Source: Candidatus Krumholzibacteriia bacterium
GTDB lineage: Bacteria > Krumholzibacteriota > Krumholzibacteriia > JAJRXK01
Assembly (NCBI GenBank): GCA_041484665.1
Contig: JBGPIA010000023.1
Coordinates: 1-58,263 of the forward strand
DNA: 58,263 nt
Direction: 5' to 3'
The position numbers were made by a program, and so were the translations under genes. This document shows positions 51,925 to 58,263 of the stretch, in pieces (within the stretch, counting starts at the first letter, position 1; each line of letters begins with the position of its first letter). The notes under the pieces were generated by a model. It worked only from the letters and a program-made list of their open reading frames with translations, searched no databases and was not told the origin of the DNA.

Positions 51925-52870
51925 GGCGGTCGTCCCGGCGCAGGCCGCCGGGCAGCGCCTCGACCGCTGGCTGGCGGTGTCCGACCCCCAGGCGTCGCGC
52001 TCACAACTCCAGCGCTGGATCGACCAGGGCCTCGTGACCGTCGATGGTCGCGCACGGGCCGCCTCCTACCGCCTGCGCGGCGGCGAGGTTGTCGACTGGA
52101 CGCAGCCCCTGCCCGTGCTGCCCGACTTCCAGCCGCAGCTCGACGTCGCGCTGCGTCTCGTCTACCAGGACGATGACCTGGCAGTGATCGACAAGCCGGC
52201 CGGCGTCGTCGTCCACCCAGCGCCCGGGCACGCACGCGGGACGCTGGTGCAGGGCCTGCTGGCGCGCCTGGATCACCTCAGCGGCGTGGGAGGCGTGCTC
52301 CGCCCGGGGCTGGTGCACCGCCTTGACAAGGACACTTCAGGGCTGCTGGTGGTGGCCAAAAACGATCGGGCCCACCAGTCGCTGCAGGAGCAGCTGCGCG
52401 CGCGCACGCTCGCGCGCACGTACCGGGCGATCTGCTGGGGCGTCCCGCGCCAGCCGCAGGGCAGCATCGACGTTTCCATCGGGCGGCATCCCCACGACCG
52501 CAAGCGCCAGGCCGTGCGCGAAGATGGCCGTGCAGCCTCGACCTCCTATTGCGTGGATGTGGTGCTGCGCGGAGCGGCGCTCTTGACGGTGCAGCTGAGG
52601 ACGGGGCGCACGCACCAGATCCGCGTCCACCTCATGCACCTGGGACACCCCGTGCTCGCTGACGACGTGTACGGGGGCGGTGCGGGGCGCCTGCGCGGGG
52701 CCGCGCCCGAGCACCGCTTGGCGCTCAAGGCGGCCCTGGCGGCGATCGGGCGCCAGGCCCTCCACGCCAGCCGATTGCAACTGGTCCACCCTCGGACCGG
52801 CCAGCCGATGGAGTTCGCCGCGGCCTTGCCAGAGGACTTCGAGGCTGCGCTGCGGCTGCTCCTTCCCTAG
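51896..52870 (+). CDS. rluD: RluA/RluD-family pseudouridine synthase
   Basis: S4 domain RLDRWL, KPAGVVVHP, VHRLDKDTSG, GRTHQIRVH, QALHA. Confidence 0.93.
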   Translation: MSSPNPATRRAVVPAQAAGQRLDRWLAVSDPQASRSQLQRWIDQGLVTVDGRARAASYRLRGGEVVDWTQPLPVLPDFQPQLDVALRLVYQDDDLAVIDKPAGVVVHPAPGHARGTLVQGLLARLDHLSGVGGVLRPGLVHRLDKDTSGLLVVAKNDRAHQSLQEQLRARTLARTYRAICWGVPRQPQGSIDVSIGRHPHDRKRQAVREDGRAASTSYCVDVVLRGAALLTVQLRTGRTHQIRVHLMHLGHPVLADDVYGGGAGRLRGAAPEHRLALKAALAAIGRQALHASRLQLVHPRTGQPMEFAAALPEDFEAALRLLLP

Positions 52871-53177
52871 CTTTGCAGCAGAGCACGGGGCAGGGCGGGG
52901 GAGCCGCGGTCGCGCCTTTAGCGTGTTGGACAGGTGGGCTGTGACCGGGCGCTACCGGCGCACCCGTTCTGCCCGCCGAGCCGGCCGCGCCGCGCCGGCC
53001 GAGCTGGCCGCGCCGGCCGTGCCTGCTGTGCTGGCGATCGGGATGCCGCCCGCCTGGGTGTGGACAGCCCCCAGGCCTCACGGCTACTCTGGTTCGACGA
53101 TCTGCCGCCGCCGTCTGCGGAACGTGGGACGAGGGGCGCGGGGGACCGCGCGGGCTGCGGAAAGGAAGCGGGTCCAG

Positions 53178-53525
53178 ATGAAGATCAAGGAGCGGCTGCG
53201 CGACGGGGTGGCGATCCTCGAGCTGTCCGGGAAGATCATGGGCGGTCCGGACTCCGAGCGCTTCAGCAGCACCTTGAAGTCGCTGATCCATGAGGGGGTG
53301 CACCACGTCCTGGTCGACCTGAAGGAGGTCACCTGGGTGAACAGCACCGGCCTGGGGATCCTGATCTCGGGCTACACCACCATGAAGCGCAACAACGGCG
53401 AGCTGAAGCTGCTGAACGTGTCCGAACGGATCGACAGCATCTTCATGGTGACGAAACTCTACTCGGTCTTCGAGTCGTACAAGGACGAGGAAGAGGCGAT
53501 CGTCAGCTTCGCGGCCAAGCGGTGA
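53178..53525 (+). CDS. STAS-domain anti-sigma factor antagonist
   Basis: VDLKEVTWVNSTGLGIL..TKLYSVFE. Confidence 0.92.
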   Translation: MKIKERLRDGVAILELSGKIMGGPDSERFSSTLKSLIHEGVHHVLVDLKEVTWVNSTGLGILISGYTTMKRNNGELKLLNVSERIDSIFMVTKLYSVFESYKDEEEAIVSFAAKR

Positions 53526-53574
53526 GGTTGGCAGGGCGCCGGCGCCTCCAGCGCATCCTTCGACGGACGGTCAC

Positions 53575-54009
53575 GTGAGAATCGAGCTCAGTTTCCCCAG
53601 CGCCCACATGTTCCTCGGCATTCCCGATGCCGTCCTACAGGAGCTGGGCAGCGAGCTGCCGTTCGACCAGACCGGCCTCGACGAGCTCTCCACCTCGGTG
53701 ATCGAGGCCTGCACCAATGCCTTGGAGCACGGGAACCACCTCGATCAGGACCTCGACGTGCGGGTGATCTTCGAGCTGACCGAGGACCGTTTCGAGGTCA
53801 GCGTCTTCGACCACGGCCCCGGCTTCAATTTCGAGCGGCTCGACTTCTCGCAGGAGCCCCCCGATCTCATGAAAGAGCGCGGGCGCGGCATCTACATCAT
53901 GCACAGCTTCTGCGACGAGCTCTCCTTCTCCCGCGCCAACGGCGGGTTCTGCGTCAGCTTGGTGAAACGACCCCACCTCAAGCAGGAGAGCGACGGGCAC
54001 CCCGCCTGA
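53575..54009 (+). CDS. RsbW-like anti-sigma factor/HATPase_c_2 kinase
   Basis: EACTNALEHGN, DHGPGF, RGRGIYIM..DE. Confidence 0.9.
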   Translation: MRIELSFPSAHMFLGIPDAVLQELGSELPFDQTGLDELSTSVIEACTNALEHGNHLDQDLDVRVIFELTEDRFEVSVFDHGPGFNFERLDFSQEPPDLMKERGRGIYIMHSFCDELSFSRANGGFCVSLVKRPHLKQESDGHPA

Positions 54010-54054
54010 CCGGCGGCCGCCGGAGCTGGCCGCCCGCGCGCCCCGCGATCCGTA

Positions 54055-54528
54055 ATGCCGGTGGTGCTGGCCCTGGACCCAGGTGAGCGCCGGACCGGCG
54101 TGGCGATCTGCGATCCCACCGGCACGCTGGCGAGCCCGCTGCAGACGCACGACCGGCGCCGCGACGGCTCGTTGATCGCGCTGTTGCTGCAGCTCGTGGC
54201 GCAACACCACGCCGAGCGCATCCTGATCGGTCTTCCCCTCACGCAGAGCGGCGAGCGCGGCACGAGCGCGCGGCACGCGGAGCGGCTGGCGCGAACGATC
54301 GCGGCGGCCGTCCCCGTGCCGGTCGAGCTGTTCGACGAGCGCTACACCACGGCCGAGGCGCAGCGCCTGCTGGCGCAGCGCGCGCAACAGACCGGCCAGC
54401 GCGCCTCGAGAGAGCAGCGCGACGCGCTGGCCGCGGCGCTGCTGCTGCAGACCTGGCTGGACGCGCGCCGCACGGCACCCCCTGGCGACGATTCCTCCTC
54501 CCCCGCCAGCGGGTCCTGCGGTGCCTAG
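54055..54528 (+). CDS. ruvX: YqgF/RuvX family nuclease
   Basis: LALDPGERRTGVA, IGLP, DERYTT, DALAA..LLQ. Confidence 0.95.
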   Translation: MPVVLALDPGERRTGVAICDPTGTLASPLQTHDRRRDGSLIALLLQLVAQHHAERILIGLPLTQSGERGTSARHAERLARTIAAAVPVPVELFDERYTTAEAQRLLAQRAQQTGQRASREQRDALAAALLLQTWLDARRTAPPGDDSSSPASGSCGA

Positions 54529-55594
54529 CACGGTGTGGGGCGCGCGCCGCGTCGCGCTGGGCCTGGCGGGCCTGGCGCTGATGGGGCTGGCCTTGGGCGG
54601 CCTGTGGCTGCGTCACGAGCTGACGGCCGACCAGGTCCCACCCGCCGCGCAGCCAGTGCGCGTTACCGTACCGCCGGGCGCCAGCTTGCGCAGCGCGGCG
54701 CGGGCGCTGAGCGAGGCGCGGGTGCTGCACGGAGCGTGGAAGCTGGAGTTGCTGGGGCGGCTCACGGGCCAGGAGCACGCGATCAAGTCGGGCGTCTACG
54801 ACCTGCTCCCTGGAGGGTCGCCGGCGCGCCTGCTGCACGAGCTGGTAGCCGGGAACGTGGTCACGCTGGCGGTGACGATCCCCGAAGGCCTCACCCTCGC
54901 CAAGACCGCCGCGATCTACGGTCGCGACCTGCAGATCGACGCCGCGAGCTTCCGCGCGCTCGCGCGCGAACCGCGGACGCAGTGGCGTGAGCGACTGGGG
55001 CTACCGCCGGGCGCCGATCTGGAGGGCTACCTGTTCCCAGAGACCTACCGGTTCATGCCTGGAAGTCGCCCCGAGGAGGTCATCACGGCCATGATCGAAG
55101 GCTTCGCCGCGGCGTTCGACAGCACGCTGCGAACGCGCGCGGGCGAGATCGGCCTGTCGCCGCACGAGGCAGTCACGCTGGCCTCCATCGTCGAAGCGGA
55201 GGCGGCGTTGCCGCAGGAGCGCGCGCGCGTCGCGGCGGTCTACCACAACCGGCTGCGGCGCGGGATGCGGCTGGAGGCCGATCCCACCGTGGCCTACGCG
55301 GCCGGGGTTTCGGGTGACAGCCTCACGCTGCGGAATCTGGAGCTCGATTCGCCGTACAACACGTACCGCCGGCCGGGGCTTCCACCCGGGCCGATCTGCA
55401 GTCCAGGACGCGCGGCGCTGGTCGCCGCCCTCTGGCCCGAGCCCGGGTGTGATGCGCTGTACTTCGTCGCCGACGGAGCGGGAGGGCACCGCTTCAGCGA
55501 GAGCTGGCAGGGGCATCTGCGCAACGTGCGCGCGTACCGTAGGCTGCAGCACGCCCGTGGGGGTGCGCTTGACGCCGCGGCGCAGCGCCCCTAG
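54521..55594 (+). CDS. mltG: Endolytic transglycosylase MltG
   Basis: TIPEG, LEGYLFPETY, LASIVEAE, SPYNTY, GLPPGPI, LYFV. Confidence 0.95.
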   Translation: MPSTVWGARRVALGLAGLALMGLALGGLWLRHELTADQVPPAAQPVRVTVPPGASLRSAARALSEARVLHGAWKLELLGRLTGQEHAIKSGVYDLLPGGSPARLLHELVAGNVVTLAVTIPEGLTLAKTAAIYGRDLQIDAASFRALAREPRTQWRERLGLPPGADLEGYLFPETYRFMPGSRPEEVITAMIEGFAAAFDSTLRTRAGEIGLSPHEAVTLASIVEAEAALPQERARVAAVYHNRLRRGMRLEADPTVAYAAGVSGDSLTLRNLELDSPYNTYRRPGLPPGPICSPGRAALVAALWPEPGCDALYFVADGAGGHRFSESWQGHLRNVRAYRRLQHARGGALDAAAQRP

Positions 55595-55743
55595 CCTCTC
55601 GACTGTCACGCAGCGACGCGCCGGCGCAGGACGCGCGCAGCGCGCGAGGCAGGCGCAGCAGGCCTCACGATCGTTACAAGTGGGGCGGCGGCGGGCGAGA
55701 CGCGCGCAGCGCGCAAGACGGGCGCAGCCAGGGAGACGAGCGC

Positions 55744-55920
55744 ATGAGGTGGTCGGAGCATCGCTGGTTGGTGGCGGCGCTGGCGTGCATCATCATCGGC
55801 TACCTGCTGTTGGGTTTCGTTCGCAGCGAGACCCTCGCGCCGATCCTGCTGGTGCTCGGATACTGCATCCTGATCCCGGCGCACCTGTGGGCACGCTATC
55901 GCCGCGGTCTCGGCGAGTGA
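55744..55920 (+). CDS. 58-aa membrane protein, DUF3098-like (below ORF-track cutoff)
   Basis: MRWSEHRWLVAALACIIIGYLLLGFVRSETLAPILLVLGYCILIPAHLWARYRRGLGE. Confidence 0.7.
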   Translation: MRWSEHRWLVAALACIIIGYLLLGFVRSETLAPILLVLGYCILIPAHLWARYRRGLGE

Positions 55921-55977
55921 CGCGAGCCCCGCGCCCCGCTCCCCGGGCGCAGCGTGGGTGAATGGCGCAGGCTGGGT

Positions 55978-56054
55978 GGGCGAATAGCTCAGGTGGTTAG
56001 AGCACCTGCCTTACAAGCAGGGGGTCACAGGTTCGACTCCTGTTTCGCCCACCA
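55978..56054 (+). tRNA. tRNA-Val(TAC)
   Basis: Full cloverleaf GGGCGAA..TTCGCCC-ACCA; anticodon arm CCTGC-CTTACAA-GCAGG. Confidence 0.97.
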
Positions 56055-56190
56055 TCTCGCTCTCCGCTGCGTCTTCCCGGCCGGTCCACCTCGGTTCCAC
56101 GCCCTCGGCCGGGCGGCTGATGGCGCCCGCCGGTGGACCGCGCAGCCTGCTAAACCCGCCTGGAATTGGCATTTTCGGCGATCTGCGCCG

Positions 56191-56220
56191 TTGACAGGCA
56201 ATTGGCCGGCGTGCTACACT
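56191..56220 (+). promoter_or_regulatory. Near-consensus sigma70 promoter
   Basis: TTGACA-18 bp-TACACT with extended -10 TG. Confidence 0.75.
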
Positions 56221-56337
56221 CTTCGCGTCGAGTATTGGATCGAAAGAGTGGAAGGAGGTTCGGTAACGCGGAGCGATCATCGTAGGGCAACCGGCGACCT
56301 CTTCCGGTTGCAGGAAGGTATTTAGGAGGTACCCAGA

Positions 56338-56958
56338 ATGAGGAACCTGAGACTCTTGAGTCTCGCGATCGCGGCGTGCGTCGTGCTGGGGCTGGTAAGC
56401 CTGGCCGCCGCTGGGATTCCCAGCGCCGGCAACAGTACGGCGAGCCTCGCGAGCGCCGGCCAGAAGACCATGTACATCTGCCCCAGGGGCGATGGTGAGA
56501 CTTTTGGCTCTGTTGGCGCAACGATCAACGTCACGGTGCGGGATGGCAACGGCAACCCGATCGCGAACTTCCCGTTCGAGGACATCTGGGTGGAAAGTGT
56601 CACCGCCCTAGCGATCAAGTTCTGCCAGGGAGGCATCTCTGCCGACCTGAACACCGACATCAATGGCAACACTGTCATTTCTGCCGGTGGGGTCGCGGGC
56701 GGTGGCTGCACCCAGGGTGGAATTCGGGTCGTCGTTGGCGGTAGCGCCCTGACTTCAGCGCCGGGGAACAACCTGAACGTCCGGATCAACAGCCCTGACA
56801 TCGTCAACAATCGGATCGTCGGTCTGGACGATGTCGGACCGTTCTCGGCCTATCTGAACGGGGCGTACAATTTCTGCGGGGATTACTTCGACGACGGCCT
56901 GATCAACCTGGCGGACGTGGGGATCTTCTCCACCCACCTGGGGCATCAGTGCCAGTAG
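56338..56958 (+). CDS. Secreted protein with Ig-like domain and dockerin/EF-hand-like C-terminus
   Basis: AGGAGGT RBS, signal peptide, VTVRDGNGNPI, two D-x-x-x-(N/D)-x-x-(V/I)-x-L-x-D loops. Confidence 0.85.
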   Translation: MRNLRLLSLAIAACVVLGLVSLAAAGIPSAGNSTASLASAGQKTMYICPRGDGETFGSVGATINVTVRDGNGNPIANFPFEDIWVESVTALAIKFCQGGISADLNTDINGNTVISAGGVAGGGCTQGGIRVVVGGSALTSAPGNNLNVRINSPDIVNNRIVGLDDVGPFSAYLNGAYNFCGDYFDDGLINLADVGIFSTHLGHQCQ

Positions 56959-57065
56959 GCGAGCCCTGCTAGAAAAGGTCCGGTGCCGCAAGGCGCTGGT
57001 TGTCTGCAGCAAGCGTGCTCCTTGAATCCGCAACCTGGTTTGTCCACTCGTTAAGGAGACAGCTC

Positions 57066-57632
57066 ATGCTGAGAAGGACAATGGTGGCGGTCGTCGCCGT
57101 GACCCTGGCGATGATCGCTGGCACCGCCCTCGCGCAGCCACAGTGCGTGGTTGGTGTGTACGCCGACCCCGCGGGATTGTCGACGATCGCCAGTCCCACG
57201 CACAGTGGTGGTCAGATCTCTGACACGTTCTCCGTGTACACGATCCTGTTCGCGGAGGACTTTGCGAATGCGGTGGCCTGGAGTCTGTATATCCAGGGCC
57301 TGGGTACGGACGTCTTTGTGGTGAGTCGTACGGACTACGGCAATTTCACCGACGTTCAACCGCAGGGATTCCGTATGGGGCTCGGGAATTGTATAATCGG
57401 GTTCAATCACCACCCGATCCTTTTGATGAGGCACGATCTCGCAACCTTGACCATCAACCCGCGCTTGGTGCAGGTTGGACCCAATGCGTTGGAGTCTTCG
57501 CAGAGTCCGATCTACAGCAACTGCGTGCAGCAGCTGACGCCGTGCGCGGCGGGTGTGTTGGGCATCAACGGGCCTCCGATTCCGAACGACAGCGCGAGCT
57601 GGGGTTCGGTCAAGGCCCTGTACGGCAACTGA
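57066..57632 (+). CDS. Secreted protein with C-terminal SWGSVKALY motif
   Basis: AAGGAG RBS, signal peptide ending ALA-Q, tail ASWGSVKALYGN. Confidence 0.85.
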   Translation: MLRRTMVAVVAVTLAMIAGTALAQPQCVVGVYADPAGLSTIASPTHSGGQISDTFSVYTILFAEDFANAVAWSLYIQGLGTDVFVVSRTDYGNFTDVQPQGFRMGLGNCIIGFNHHPILLMRHDLATLTINPRLVQVGPNALESSQSPIYSNCVQQLTPCAAGVLGINGPPIPNDSASWGSVKALYGN

Positions 57633-57843
57633 TCGGGACGACCCGATCGGTCGCGTCTGCGATCGTAACGGACGGGTGGTGCGCGGGCAGGCCCGGCCTC
57701 CTGCCGCCACCCGGCCCTCCTCCCGCCGCCAGTCAAGGCTGGAGGCCGCGGAGGAGCGGTCGCGCTGAGTGGCGTGGACGGGAGTCGTTTTGACCTCCCT
57801 CGTCTGATCGATGTCGACCAATCATCAACGGAGGATACTCTTC

Positions 57844-58263
57844 ATGAAGAAGCTAACGACCCTCCTCGCCATCGCGGCCGTGGTCGCGCTGGCGGGCATG
57901 GCCAACGCCGGGACCCCCGACCCCGGCGACGTGGGGATTTTCTTTGACGCCGCTGGCACGACGACCAGCACGGCAGTGCCGGCCGCGTTCATGATGTTCA
58001 ACGTCTACGTGATCGGGTTCCGCGTCCCCGGCGGAATGCTCGGTTACGAGTTCAGCGTCGGCATGCCTGCGGGCACCATCGTCAGCGGTGGCCGGCAGTT
58101 CTTCCCGGCCGGCGCGCTGGACGTCGGCACGGGCGATGACAACTGGCTCGTGGGCACGGGCGGGACCTGCCTCGAAGAGAGCGTGGCCGCCCAGATCATG
58201 GTCCAGTACAACGGAGCCCTGTTCCTGGCGCAGCCTGGCGCCAACGTCCAGATCTGCCTCGGC
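57844..58263 (+). CDS. Secreted protein, probable paralog of 57066 (truncated by window end)
   Basis: GGAGGA RBS; MKKLTTLLAIAAVVALAGMANA then VGIFFDAAG..FNVYV; open to the window edge. Confidence 0.8.
   Translation, partial: MKKLTTLLAIAAVVALAGMANAGTPDPGDVGIFFDAAGTTTSTAVPAAFMMFNVYVIGFRVPGGMLGYEFSVGMPAGTIVSGGRQFFPAGALDVGTGDDNWLVGTGGTCLEESVAAQIMVQYNGALFLAQPGANVQICLG

Noticed and set aside
56232..56315. c-di-GMP-I riboswitch suggested by TCGAAAGAGTGG
   Set aside because: The stem around GAAA does not extend and the GGCAAAC/GACGCAAAGC elements are missing; an Rfam scan would settle it

Overview
High-GC bacterial window. The many secreted proteins ending in FlgD-Ig/T9SS-CTD-like domains or an S-W-G-x-x-K-A-L-Y tail suggest an FCB-superphylum candidate lineage such as Krumholzibacteriota, Eisenbacteria or Latescibacterota; this taxonomy is an inference. 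(1) 1-5162 is the right end of an integrative element at a tRNA-Lys(CTT) att site. It carries a P4-type tyrosine integrase, a putative regulator, AlpA, a small helical ORF, an AAA_25/RepA-type helicase with a wHTH domain, and a TGTTGCC iteron cluster. (2) About 5.2-29.7 kb is an accessory region with five secreted modular proteins, two hybrid histidine kinases, an IS21/kinase remnant, a patatin, an RRM protein, a hydrolase and an orphan ParD-like antitoxin. (3) About 29.8-43.1 kb holds ferritin-like, Sua5/YciO and acyl-CoA dehydrogenase genes, then a lipoprotein serine protease whose propeptide recurs nearby as a stand-alone lipoprotein. (4) 43.2-56.1 kb is core genome: ssrA, yggS, yggT, divIVA-like, PNP, ileS type 2 with GVHH, dksA-like, lspA, rluA-family, STAS, RsbW-like, ruvX, mltG and tRNA-Val. 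(5) From 56.2 kb, a near-consensus sigma70 promoter precedes a run of small secreted proteins with dockerin-like and possibly cohesin-like features. All calls come from motif reading by eye; no database search was run.
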